From Rhizophagus irregularis (Eukaryota): a stretch of DNA of 64,000 bases. The stretch lies in the NCBI RefSeq assembly GCF_026210795.1, contig NC_089431.1, positions 5,394,001 through 5,458,000 of the forward strand, read 5' to 3'. The notes below the pieces were generated by a model that was not told the origin of the DNA, did not search any database, and was given only the letters and a program-made list of their open reading frames with translations. This document shows, piece by piece, positions 1-13,526 of the stretch (its first letter is position 1; every line of letters begins with the position of its first letter). The position numbers were made by a program, and so were the translations under genes.

Positions 1-734
1 CTTTTTTTAGACGGTAGTTTAAAGTTTGGATGCATAAAATTCATATTAATTTAGTGGGATTAATACTCTTATTTTAAATTATTCCTTGATTGGTTTTCTC
101 TTTTTTAGACGGATTGTTTTCAGGTATTTGTTGCATGGGAATTTGGTAGATTTTCTTTGAACTACTTTTTTAACGAAATGCTTACTAACGTTTCGTTTTG
201 CTTTTTCTAGTCAGGTATGGACGTATGGAATTTAGTTTCGATCTTTGAGGAAGACCTTCATTGGATTATTTCTTTTTTGAACGTGGTTTTCAGATTTTGT
301 AAGTAGTATTTTCTATATCTTTAGTTATATTAACGAACTGTTACTAATGCTTCATTCTTTAATAGCGTTCTACATCAAAAAAAAATGAAGAATGGTGAAG
401 AAAGTATTTAAATGAGGATAGAGGAAATGTATTTTACAATTAAAATTACAGATGTATTTTTACAATTAAATTTTACAATATATTTTACAATAATTTGCTA
501 CAATTTATATTTAATATACATATTAATAAATTGATATTATATAACTATTGTACGACAAGACGACAAGACCAATAATGAGTATCTTATACAATGTACTGTA
601 ATATTACATTTAAAAAATTTTTAAGTTGTTAGCAAAGTACTACGGTTCTCTCCCCGCCGTGTGGTCAATATCAATATCATTTATATGTAGATTTGATTTT
701 CGATATGATGAATTAATATAAATATTTTTTCCGA

Positions 735-1980
735 TGTTGATTACATGTCCATACATGATTGAAAGTTTCTTTTTCTATGTTGCATATTGGACAATAACGA
801 TCTTTAAAAATTGAAAAATATGCATAGTGACTTCTTAACTTGTTCGATCGTTAGTATTTCTTCAATAAGAAATTGAATCTTCTTCCTTTTCATTTTTGAT
901 TCTCGAAAATCTGTATACATTGTCCATTGATCACCTTGTAATAAGTGAAAAGTAATCTCCCAATCACTTGTAATTGTCGATATATATAATTTCGATTAAG
1001 ATTTAAAAATTGTTCTAAATTAACAATATTTGTATATAATTTTAAAATTTTCTTAAATTCGATTCTATAGGTACATTGTTCCAACTTGGAAACCACGTAA
1101 TATTTGATAAAGATGTTGTTTTAATATTAATTCCCAATTGTTGTATTATCTTTTACTAGTCGTTGATTTAGTATTGACGCGATAAAATCATCATCTTGAA
1201 TAATTAAAATATTGACGTCCAACGATAATATTTTGACGATTTCGAAAATTATAAGCCAAATATAATTATAATTATTACTTTTTAATTTAAAAATTTGACG
1301 GCTTGTTAATGAAAAATCAATACTTTTGTAAAAATTAAAGTTTTCCATTATTGACTTATCTTTTGTAAGTGTAATATTATTAAAGAACATAATAAAGCTA
1401 ATAATGAAGCTTTGGCTATCGATATAAAATTATTATAACTAAAAAAATTCTAATAAAAAGATTGAATGTATATTAAAGGTATTTAAACCAATATTGATTC
1501 TGCTTTATCCGTCCCAATATTTTTTGCTGAGCCATCTATATATTGATGTTAAAAATTGTCTAGTATTTGATGATAAAATTTTGCGCTATAAACAATTCTG
1601 ATTTGTTCAAGATAAATCTATATATTTATCAATGTTTCCATAATTTGAAATATATCCGAATATTGAGTACGCGTTAGTACTAAAATTCTTCCATCCGCTA
1701 ACTTATCAAAAATTTTGTATTCTTTTCTCGTAATAAAAATACATCAGATTTTTTTAAATTTACTATACATTTTTGAGAAGCGCAAACGTTTTGTTTTAAA
1801 TTACAACCGCTACAAGTTTTTAACTCCAAATGTATACTTCCTTCATTACTATGGACTTTATAATGTCTAATTTTATATTTTTATTCATTCTTTACTTCTT
1901 CTAATATTCTTCCTTGTTCATAAATATCACATCATTTGATCCAATACAAATAGGCACTTCTCTTCCACCAAAATAAGCCT
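735..1980 (-). mobile_element. Degenerate non-LTR (LINE) retrotransposon ORF2 3' part: RNase H plus C-terminal CCHC zinc knuckle
   Basis: Minus-strand fragments in shifting frames: HLELKTCSGCNL (~1800-1840), IDGSAKNIGTDKA (RNase H first Asp motif, ~1501-1539), YIDSQS (~1410-1426), NNYNYIWLIIFEIVK, WFPSWNNVPIESNLRKF, and CPICNIEKETFNHVWTC (~742-793). Many stops and frameshifts; explains ORFs 890-1096 and 1127-1390. Confidence 0.75.
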
Positions 1981-2129
1981 TTGTGTGTGTGACGGAAACC
2001 TAATTGGTATACAAGCGAAGCGCGGCAGTATTATAATCGTACAATGTTACATGATCTACGTGTCTGAATATTACAGGCCGGGTATTGTTACATTTAATCG
2101 TGATACATATTCTAAAAAAAGAAAATAAA

Positions 2130-3030
2130 AATGTCGATTGTGGCAGGAATTCAGTACGATAAATAGTTTTGTGTTCGCGCCTCGCAATACAACCTTGTAC
2201 ACGTCAAGCACCGGACTCGATCTGCGTTATCTAAAATTCTAAATACATTACAAAACTAGAAACAAGAACACTACAAAAAGACTATATAAATACGCCGTTC
2301 GCTCCCCCATACTAGTACTCAACGCACCGTTCTTGACAACTACCTAATTGTAAACCCAATACTTTTTTTTATCATGAGACAATTTACCAAAATACCTGAC
2401 GAGTGACGTCCGCGAATCCCGAAAGACCAATCCAGTGTGGTGGTGGCGCAAAATTAAAATTACCCCTAAGGATGTCAACGCGCAAAAGTACCTATACCAA
2501 ATCAGTCGATATCGATAAAACTTAAATGATTACTAACTACCCTGCAACCCCTAACACTATTATTCGTGAATACCGCCTGGCTAAACTTAGTTCCCCCCAT
2601 GTGTTATAAATTTTGTACACAATGTGAACTCCTCCTAGTTCCGTAACCTCGTTCACCCCCAAAAAGCGGTCAACTCCGTAGTAGTAAATCCAATCACGTG
2701 ATAGATACTCGGCAGCACGAGTAGAACGTCATTAAAATTTTGTTGTTTGGAAAATTTTATGTGACTTCAACGTCAGGCTGATGGTAATTGGTTCCTCAGA
2801 AAAAAAAAACTTTTTTGATCATCCCACCGCGTGTTAAAATTTTTGCTGCGCCATGGAACGAAGACGGAACTCAAAATTTTCCCAAGAACCCAAGGCCAAA
2901 GAACTAACAAACCAAACCTGAGAATAGGTAGCGTCTCTTTTGTTGCAACTACTAGCCTAAAGTACGTTTGTGGTAACGAAAGAGATACCTAACTTTTGTG
3001 AGCATACGGTAAATAGTTCTTCGGTTCCGG
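2130..3030. other. GC/CpG-richer island, possibly a second decayed retroelement fragment
   Basis: Visibly higher GC than the flanks; no intact ORF; only weak LINE-like peptides on the minus strand (e.g. RVDILRG, EEFTLC). Confidence 0.25.
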
Positions 3031-3407
3031 ACAATTTCATTATACAGTAGTTATTTATTTAAGTTGACGGATATTTAAACCTGATTTTGTGAAAAGAAAA
3101 ATGTGATATTTATAAAAGGTAAATACAGATTTAAGAACAAGCAAAATATAATTCGTATTATTGCTACTCTCTCTCAACATACATAGAAATTTATATTTTT
3201 TATTTAGAGTTTTAAAAATTTTCCAAATTAACCAAAAGAAAACTGATTTTTTTTTTTGATGAGCTGGGTAAATATTTTTAATTAATAATTATTTTAGTAC
3301 AGCAAATATATGAATCTTGACCCACCTCGTACATGAATATTGACCCATCAAAATATGCAACTATATGCAAGTTGATGCATCCCCTTTTTTGTATTAATCT
3401 TGACCAG

Positions 3408-3577
3408 CCCTATAAAAAATTTTTATCCGTCGTAAAAATGAGCCTTTCACGGATCCATTCACGGAAAATGTAAATAATTAGATAAATTCCGCGATATAAG
3501 GTTATTAATTCCGGAAATATGAGCCTTTTACGGAAAAAAGATGGAATATAAAAAACGGATTGACTTTTTTTACAGGG
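3408..3577. mobile_element. MITE with CCC...GGG termini and 3-bp TSD (CMC/CACTA-like)
   Basis: Starts CCCTATAAAAAA, ends TTTTTTACAGGG; flanked on both sides by CAG (3405-3407 and 3578-3580). Confidence 0.7.
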
Positions 3578-3640
3578 CAGACGCGTGATATTTGAGTGTG
3601 ATATTTGTAATATTTGTAATGTGATATACTGTACGGTGTA

Positions 3641-3926
3641 CCGTTTGGACGAAAAGTATGGCAAGCCGAAGCGGACAAATCTGCGCCTATTTTAACATGA
3701 TAACCGCTTATTTCACACCTATTATGATGCGACTTTTAGCATTTATAAACATATGATTATAATATAAGCGTTTAATTTATACATAAAATTAAAATAGTAA
3801 ATATTTTGTGATACGTTTATTAAGTTTATTAATTGCTAAATGTCACATAATACCGTAAATGTTAGCAGATTTATTTGTCTGCTTCGGCTTGCCATAAAAT
3901 TTTGGCACTTTTCTTCGTCCAAACGG
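3641..3926. mobile_element. Tc1/mariner(pogo)-type MITE with TA TSD
   Basis: TA|CCGTTTGGACGAA ... TTCGTCCAAACGG|TA, plus internal inverted match tatggcaagccgaagc / gcttcggcttgccata. Confidence 0.75.
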
Positions 3927-6102
3927 TACTAGTACTGATATTTAACAAACAATATTCAAATTGTTTTAAGTGTTCAAAAAAAACAATTTTTTTTTTTTAA
4001 ATAAACTACAGTATCTATTGGTAGAAAATTTTTATTTTAAAATTACAAAGTTATGGTTCCCCTAAAGTATAAAAGAGAGATTAAAATATAAATTTAAAAA
4101 TTATTAGTATTAAAGTAATAATGGCTTTACATTGATAAATGATAATCAAGTAGTATTATTAGGTTTTTACTTTTTGTATTTTTACGCGTATTCTTGCATA
4201 TGATGCTCATAAACGATGATCTAGAAGAACATCTCTTGATTTATAAATTTAGTATGAGCGTAATATTCATTTAATTTATTCGCGCAAATCAACTTTTTTT
4301 TCGGATAAAAGATTGAGCGATGTTCCTTTCATTAATAAATGCAAATATGCAATTATTTAATTATAAAATTTGATTCTTTTTTGATAACTTAAAACTTTAC
4401 CGTTAAAATTTATTATAGGTGAGTGATCAAAACAATTTCTGTATGTAATTAAAATAAATATATAAGGTCGATCCTTACTAATTTTTATTTATCATCAATA
4501 TATATATATATCTCATATAAAAAACTGATATAGAATCGTAGTTCTTTCATTGGTAGTAATAATATTAGTTTATGAATAATTCTTCGACTTTAACCCATTT
4601 AAAAATTCATCGATGATACTTTGCGAAAGAAAGTTCCTTATTTCGTTTTCTTTCATATTCCTTTTCTCACAATTTTTTCTTGTTGTCCTATAAAAAAAGA
4701 AAAGATAAAATAAAGTTCAGGTCGGGAAATAAATAGCCTATATTTGGTTAATAATTAACGTCTATTTTTTTGAATCGGAATAAAGTCCGTATCAACTTCA
4801 CGATATAAAAAGACGTCTTATCTCTATTAGTAAGCGCAAAAGAAAAGTTTCTCAAGCCAATCTTACTGTGTACATGTGAATTCATGGAGTTTTTGAATTA
4901 AAATATTCGGAATATTGAAATTTCTATACGTACATGCCAATTACCGCAGTCGTTAATACAACGTTCGTACTCACGTGAATGTCAATCATTAATTTTGTCC
5001 ATACTAAAAGAATTATCAAAATGAAAACCTCAAAGGATAGTTATTTTAAATACATACATTATTGATTGTAATATCTGATAATGCATTATTACATTAATTA
5101 GACAAGCAAAAATAAAAGAAACATGATTTTTGTTGGTTCAATTGTGCGTGTAATTAAATTTAGCATTACGTTATCTTTTGTATCTCAAATCCTTTGCTAA
5201 AACATATTTCTTTTTTACTATTAAAAATTGTGAAAATAGCCCTCAAAAAATTCCTTTATATGGTAATTATAATTTATAAGAACTTAATAATAAAAATTTA
5301 TAAATGGAAAACCTAGCTAGAAAATTAGAAGTTTCCATTAATTTCGATTAACATATTAGTTATGCACGTTGAAAATTATTGTTTCACCGTTTTTAATTAA
5401 CGCAATAAATATTTTATTATTTGCTTAATTTTTTTAAAAAAAGCTTTTGACTACTGAGATATGTTTATTTTATTTTATTTTATTTTATTTTATTTTGTGT
5501 TTGTTTGGATTAAGTTAATTTTAATAAATAATATGCACAAATTTTGTTATGATTTGTTGCACCCAAAAATATAAAACATTCTGCATTTTATTTAAGTCTA
5601 AAATATTTTTTTCATCCAATCAAAATATAATGTGAATTTATAATATTAACATTTACTTATTATTGGCCAGTGGCCACATAATAAGTTATATTATGATAAA
5701 AAAAAAAGATCCGTTACAATATTTGAATAAGTAAATAATTAAAGGAAAAAAAAATTTTAAACGAAATCTAACACATACAGTATTATACATATTTTATTAA
5801 AAATTTTTCTCTTTTACATACATTATATATAATAATTTTAAAAGTCAAAGATTCTGTTTAATAACAAAATTTTCATTATTTAATGCTTCTTCAAGTTTAG
5901 AAAAATGACTTATTTTACACTTCTTCTATGATAATTTGGAAATGGATTATTGTAACGTTTTCCTTTAGCAGTTGTTATTCTCTTGCGTAATAATTAAGAT
6001 TGGTTAGTTCCACGGAATGTTTCTGGCTATCATACTAAATAAAATTTTTAAAAATTATTAAAAATTCTCAAAGAAAAAACAATTGCTTTTCTTGCCTACC
6101 GG

Positions 6103-6418
6103 CTCAGTAAATAGTTTCCCTATAAAAAAGGTTTGTGCTAAATTTGTGCCAAACGGGCTAATCATACAACATTTATTCAAAATTTGTACTAAAAAATAAT
6201 ATAAATTCGAACAAATTCTAAACAAATATCGTATGATTAACCCATTTGGCACGAATTTAGCACAAACTTTTTTATAGGGTTTTTGTATAAATTTATACCA
6301 AAAGGGCTCATTGGCTTGAAATTAGCTCAAATTTATGCAAAAAATTAAGCCAATCTAGAGCCAATTATATATGGATGAGCCCATTTGGTACAAATTTATA
6401 CAAAAACTATTTACTGGG
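6103..6418. mobile_element. CCC/GGG-type MITE (outer element) interrupted by a nested MITE
   Basis: Left TIR ctcagtaaatagttt[insert]ttgtataaatttataccaaaagggctcat matches right TIR atgagcccatttggtacaaatttatacaaaaactatttactggg. Confidence 0.75.
6118..6279. mobile_element. CCC/GGG-type MITE nested in the left TIR of a related MITE
   Basis: ~50-bp TIRs ccctataaaaaaggtttgtgctaaatttgtgccaaacggg / cccatttggcacgaatttagcacaaactttttt-ataggg; TTT on both sides. Confidence 0.8.
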
Positions 6419-9058
6419 CGTAATGATAATTCACTACGAGAATTTAAAGCGTAGCGAACAGCAAAGACTAAAGTACAACCCAAGAAATTCGTGCCATTTT
6501 ATTTATAAAAGCAGATTTTTATGAAAGAAAAAAATCAAAATTTTATTTTTCTAGTTTCGTAAAAAAAAAAATGAAAAGGATGTAGGGGGGCTAAAAGTGA
6601 AGGAATTTAGAGTAAAAATGAAAGACGATGTTCCGCACTGAAGGATTGTCTATTATTGATTTTGACGTTGATGAATAGTTAATAATAATCTTTTTATACA
6701 ATTTTTATGCTATACAGATCCATATCGAAATATTATTATACAGCATATGATTCAAAGATGTTTTCTCATTTTTAATTGCATAATTTAAATTAGCCGCAGG
6801 TATCACATAATCTAAATATGATGGGATAAAATCTTAAGTAAGATAAGGTCGAAAGGATTAATTAATAACTCCGTCATATTTGAAACGTTAACAATAAATG
6901 TAGACTATAGCCTAACGCTAATAAATTGTTTTTAATGCAATGTCAGCATTTGACTGCAGCAGAACCAAATTTTGGTAGTTGCGGAAAAGGAGCTTACGTA
7001 AATTTGTAAATTAATTTCTAGTGTGATCCTATAGGGAATATTTTATAAAAAATATTTTAACATTAGTACATGCTGGCATTTGGCTGCGCCAGTGGTTGAT
7101 AACCATGGCGAAATTTCAGACGGAATTTTTAATTTTAAAACTCTTCTCGAAAACTCCACCCTAATTTTTGGTAGTCGTGATCATCACCCTCGATGATATT
7201 TAGGTTATTAGTCATCCAACCCCGCATGCGCCAATTCGGAGTTTATCAGTTATATAACTAATTTTTACAAAATTTTAATTTTTTTCCTTTTTAAAAAAAA
7301 AATTAGGAATTAGATTTGTTAAATTGCTATATCAAGTATCAACAATTATTAACGCACGGATATTAGGATTCATTGTACATCTGAATTTTCTATGAATTTA
7401 CATATTCGTGAAATGTTACTAGAATAAATTACATAAGTCACGGTATTAAGAGAATAATTTTTCTCCTCCCCACTTTCTTTATCCTCATTTCATATTCTTT
7501 TTTCTCATTTTCATTTTCCTTCACAAGTTTGGAACCATGAAAGCAAGAGATTGTGCGATATATGGATGATGATGGATTTACATATTGTAGTATAAATGTT
7601 GTGCGATTTGCTTCAGGCCTAGTAATGCTGGCCAACCCACTTAAGGCGTTATAATATTGGGCAATATTGACGCACAATATATTTATTGCGATTTTAGTTA
7701 TTAATACTATAAATATTTTATAAATTTTTTAAATAATAATACTATTAAATTCTTTTTAAACAGTAATAATAATAAAGTAATAGGAATAAAATATAATTAC
7801 TTTAATTTTAATAGTAATAGAATCATTAACTATTATTCATAAGAACATTAATTTATATGTAAAACGTAATTTCTGGAAAACTCCGTGAATATGATACATT
7901 TACGGGAAAATAACTTGAGCAACTTGGATTATTTTCAATGTTTGAGACTATAAATTCCGTGAATATGATACATTTACGGAAATAACAAGAATAAAAAACA
8001 CGGAATAAATTTTTATAGGGGTAATAAATTGTCTCTAGTAAATTATTATATATTTAGATTACCCTGTATAAGTTAATTTTGTGTTGTATTACTGTAACGT
8101 GTAGCATGCCTCCGTAATTTATTACGGATTGTTATCTTAAAATAGATTGGGTTTAACCATTAATGAATGTTGATCATGTTGATCATGAAAATTAAACAAT
8201 AGAAATGTCTCGTGTTAAAATTTAATATAATGATGCTCTAAACAATACATTTTTTATGCTGTGTTACCGCTTCTCTATCATTGTTTTACGCTAAATTAAG
8301 TAATGGTCTAGGTATAATATATGAGGAATAATTCATTTGTTTATTACGCCATTTTGTATCCAGTAATCATAGAAAGATAAAACATACTAGCAGAGTGATA
8401 GAAAAGGAGTAATAATACATGTCAAAAATTGTCAGTTTTTCTGCCAGTAGTGATATCATAATTTTATCACTAAAACTATGGTAAATTTAATAAATTTGAA
8501 GAATTTAAGCTTGTCTCCAGAATATTATTTGTGTGCATAATCTACTATATCTCAGTGTGAAGCAAATGGGCTGTTGCTAGTATGTATTAAAAAAAAATAA
8601 AATTAATTACGTATATAATTGTATAATCCAAGCTAATGTTACACATTTTTTTATATGTTCCTAAATTAAATTTTGATGAATGATGAGGCAAATCATTATC
8701 ATTTTCATACAATTATGTTCATCATAAATTAGGCATGTAACAGACGTTTCACTAGTAACTCCTTTGATACTAAATGCATATACCAAACACTTGTTTTTGT
8801 TGGACAATATTTTTAGTATCAAAATTTTTCAGCCATTATATTTGTTGCACGTTTTTTTACACATGTGTATAAAACAATGCAGATCGTTTTTGAAATACAA
8901 ATTTGGTAGTATAATTAATATATTTTTTTTGAAACACATTTTAAATGTTTGATTAAAAGAAAAGTTATTAATAGTAGTTGATAATAAATCAAGATTACAA
9001 TGACAAGTAACATATATAAATGTTCTGTAATCCCTCAGAGTAAAAATTTAAAATTTTT

Positions 9059-9179
9059 CAAGTCTCTAAATTTGTTTCCATATTTTTCACACACATTTTA
9101 CCATATAGTCTCTAATAATCAAGTCTCTTAATTTATTTCCACATTTTTTACACACATTTTCCCACCAAGTCTCTAATAA
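9059..9179 (+). repeat. Two ~61-bp tandem copies directly before the ATG at 9182
   Basis: caagtctct...ttcca...cacacatttt...agtctctaataa occurs twice (9059-9119 and 9120-9179); TATATAAA at ~9013. Confidence 0.8.
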
Positions 9180-9181
9180 AA

Positions 9182-12100
9182 ATGTTAAAAATGTTCAATT
9201 TGGCAAAGATGTTGACCATCTTTATATATTTAACCTCTATCTGTTGCTTTTTTGTCACATCTCAAAATGTATTATCTCGAGATATATTACCTCAAAATGT
9301 ATCATCACTAAACACACCACCCCAAGACATGTCACCTCAGGATATATGGTACATTTATGAAGAACCGATAGAAGGTCTAAAACTACATGACACTCTCACA
9401 CTTAAAGATGGTACTTTGATGATTTGGATGACCCTTGATGATGAAGAAGATCCATCATGCATATTACCTTATTTTTATCTACGATTGATAGAAAGAACAG
9501 GCCGAATTACATACATAAATCTTAATTACACCTTTCCTCTAGAAGCAGTTTGCCCCATTGATATGACTTTTATACCCTTAAGTTATAATTATATAATGGT
9601 AATTTATGTTAAATCAAACAATGGTGTTAAGGGAAAGTATGGTTTGATAATTAATTATGACAGCGAGATAATAAGGTAAATTTAGATGTTATTATATTCT
9701 CATTTATAAAGATCAATAATAATTTATTTATTTTTTAGTGAAATCTACTTGGGAGATGTTAATGATGATATTATAATTAGTGGAAGATTAGAAAAAGGTT
9801 TTATTCGTATTGAAGAATATGACAAAAAAGGAATAACAGCATGGCATTGGTTTAGTGCCCCGTAAGTATTTTTACAAGTAAATACTTTTTAAATATTTCA
9901 TTATTCAGTTGATTAACTTTTTTCATCTTTACTTTAGAGATATTACAACAGGAAAAGTGGTGGAACTTGAAAGTGGCGAGTTTAGTGTACCAAACCTATC
10001 ATCATATACTTTTGTAAATAGTTTTAATTTTAATTTAATTGATGGAGGGTTTGGATATGCATATATTCTAAAATATGATGAAATGGGATCATCAGTATCA
10101 AATAATCCAAATATTCAATACTGGAAAATTTATGTTTCATTTTTAAGAGAGGGAACATATTCACCTACAACACCTTCTCTTGTCTACCAAACTACTACAA
10201 AATTAAATAGTTTAGCATTTAAATCATGTTTTTACAATATTGCAGGATATATATGTATTGTATCATTAAACAATACAATTACAAATATGGATCAATCAAG
10301 AACTGAAGTGAATTATTATCAGTTAGAATTTTTAACAACTGGGTCCTTTGTACAATTTGGTATGGTCCCTAAAGAAATAAGTAATGCAGAAGATTTTGAT
10401 TTGTCAAGTTTAGTTTATGGAGGATTTCTTGTGAGAAAACAATATACAAATACAACTGCATTGAACTTTTATATTTTAGATAATAATGGAAATTATAAAT
10501 CAAAGGTCTCTTTTGGCCCAGAGTTTTTTCATTATAATATGTTCAGAAGAAATGGTACTTTAGTGGGAATAAAGAAACAAACTGGTAATAAATTGGAAAT
10601 TTTATTGAAACCTTTACTAAGACTAAATAATCAAGGTAAATTTTTAATTTATTTTTACTTTAATTTTATTTTTTTTTAATAAAAAATTTTTTTGATTTAT
10701 AGGAGTTGAATATGATAATCCTGCAATTGAGTCAACAAAGCCAGCTGTCAATGAAGTTATTGATCCTTTAATCAATGAAATTACAATTAAATATGGCATT
10801 CCAGTAATGTTATCTACTGCAAATGTTTCCATATTTCAACTAAATGATGACCCACACAAACCAAGTTTATTACGGCAAACAATTGCAGGAGATTCTGAAC
10901 TATGTACTATTGGAAGTGATAACCACACTGTGCATATTCCAATTTTCAGTAGTACATTCAATCAGCCAAACTCGTCTTATCATGTGGTAGTTGATAATAA
11001 TTTTGTCATTTCTCAAGAGAGAAATGAACCATTATTAGGAATTAATGAAAAAACTTGGATAATTTCAACAAGTAATATACATTTTTTTTTAATTTTTAAT
11101 TTTTCAATTTTTTACTGGTCAAATAGAAAAATTTATATTTCTTTATTATATTTAGAACCATTTAAGACCGGACAACATTCAGTTTCAGTCACAGGGTTAC
11201 TTCGATTGAATGATGAAGGGAGTTCAAAATTTCTTCAAACAAATCATCAGTCGGAGTTTTTCAATAATGTAATTCAAGAATTTTCCAAAATAATTCCGGT
11301 AAATGAACAAAGGATAACAACAAATGGTAAATGGCAATATGACCCCACTTCTCCCAAAAAAGTGTTGTTGTCATTTACTATAAATGAAGCTAAAAGTGCC
11401 ATGGAACCAAGTTCCAAAATAATCTTTGATAATTTGGGCACTTTGATTGAAAGAAAAGGATTTACTGCACTTTCCAATAATGAGTATTCTTCATTAATTG
11501 ACGAAAGTGCATCCTTTACAATGACCAGTAAGTGTTGTTCATTAAATATTTTTGATATTTGTAAATAATTAATATTTCATTAAATTTTTAATTTTATTAT
11601 TTTACAGGTTATTTTGGAAATTTTTTGCCAATAATTATAATATTTTTAGTAAGTATAATAATATTAACGATATTATATTTTTTGGCACATTGGAAGAACC
11701 CTGAAGCTAGAAACATTGCCATATTTGAGACTGCATTAATAATGCAGGATTTTGCTGTGGATTTAACATTCACATTATTAAGGGTTAATAATGCTCAACA
11801 CTTAATAATCCCAAAGTAAGAAATTTTGTTTAATGTTATGTTATTTTTATTATTTTTTATTATTTTAAAGATTAATTTAATTAATTAATAATTTTCTTAT
11901 TTATTATTATTTAGTATGGTATTCCTCGTTGTACCGCATGTAGTCAATTTTTTATTGGCTATAAATATTCTTTTGTCTGAAGTAGCTACGAATCCAACAT
12001 TCTATACTTGGTTTTCGGAGCTTCCAGCACTATTGTCAATTTGTACAATATTTTCAGCTATTAATATACTAGGAGTAAATACTTTGACATCAAATTTATT

Positions 12101-12416
12101 TGGTTTCAAAATATTTTCAGCCCCATTATCACAAAGATCAAGAAATATTATACTTTGGGGTAGTTTCATAAATATTTTTGCTGAAGATGTACCACAATTG
12201 ATTATACAGATATTATACTTTAATAGTGTTGTGACGTACGATCTTATTCCATCACTTGTACTTATATCTGGTGGATTAGTTATAATGTATAAACTAATTT
12301 TAAGATCGTATCAGGCATTAACAAGATGGTGTCATCGGCGTGATGAAATTAGAAACTTTATTAGAGATAGACGTTTATCAGCTGGTTCTATAAGATCATT
12401 AAGGTCAAATATTTAG
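9182..12416 (+). CDS. Signal-peptide, large-ectodomain, multi-pass membrane protein (~920 aa, 7 exons)
   Basis: Exons ~9182-9675, 9739-9861, 9938-10635, 10703-11071, 11156-11527, 11608-11815, 11915-12416 join in frame with GT-AG introns (2766 nt). Hydrophobic N-terminus, beta-rich ectodomain with many N-x-S/T sites, Ig-like segment (PAIESTKPAVNEVIDPLINEITIKY...YHVVVDNNFV), several TM helices, EDVPQLIIQILY motif. Confidence 0.85.
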
Positions 12417-13526
12417 CATTCAACTACAGATTTTTATTTGTAAATTATGATATTTTTACCATCAATTTAATAAAAATATAATACTTCAGACTGCGCCATA
12501 AAAATGTATTTGTTTTTTTTTTCGGAACATCATTTATTGTATGAATACGAATAAGATGATTATCTTTAATTTCTCTGACCCAACAATAAATATTTTCTTT
12601 TTTGACCAATAAGAGCTTCATATTGTGTGCTATTTTATATGACAATCTTACAATCCAAATGACTTACTTGAATGCTTGGGCGTGGAAGTCTATTCTAACG
12701 AAGTTGTTTTTGAATTTGATATTAGAGAAAATGAGATTTTTGGAAATTTCTAAGAGAAAATCAATGGCAGCAAAATTTTCGTATTTGTCATATAAGCAGA
12801 AGATGACAAATTTCGGTCATTCCTGTTTTAGTTTTACAATAATTTTTATTTATTAAGATAATTTTTAGAACAAAGAGTATGAACCGTCGGTGCTGCTAGT
12901 GTGCTTGAACGATCTCCTCTAATACTCCATCAATGATAATTGATAAATTTTAGTTAATAATCAGCGTAACTCTATGGAAAAAAAATGTTTTGGACCTCCG
13001 GATTTTATTAATCGGACGGAATTGAAACTCATTTGATCTTTCATGACCGATTCATATTACTGTAATTAAAATTGAAAAGAATAACATACAGAAAAATTTC
13101 AAGATTATCCTTTACGTTAAATGATATTCATTAGTTTGTTTAATATTCAAAAAAATTGGAATGAGATTAACGAAAATATTCAATCACGAGAATTTTTGTG
13201 CAAATTAAAAAGGAAATAGAAGGAGAAAATTTTTCTTACTATAAAAATAATAAGTTTTCAGACGATTTTACTTTCCCGAATATATTTTATTTAATTATTT
13301 ATTTTTTTTCAGCTTTATTTAAATTCTAAATAGTACGATTTTTTGGTAAATAGGAAAAAGTAAGTTTATCTTTTTTATTGTTTATTGTTAAAAGCTATTT
13401 TTTTTTAATTTAACAAGATTATTCTAATAAATAAATAACTGAAATATATATATAATCAATGATTAGAATAATTAGGATATAACATATATATCATAATTTT
13501 CTAAGCTTTATCGCTATTAATTTTCC

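Noticed and set aside
1..430. Intron-like signals (ctaac...ctag) suggesting a gene at the left edge
   Set aside because: No coherent reading frame; likely part of a repeat truncated by the window.
8383..8584. catactagca / tgctagtatg inverted pair
   Set aside because: Only 10 bp and no clear TSD; may be chance or too decayed to call.
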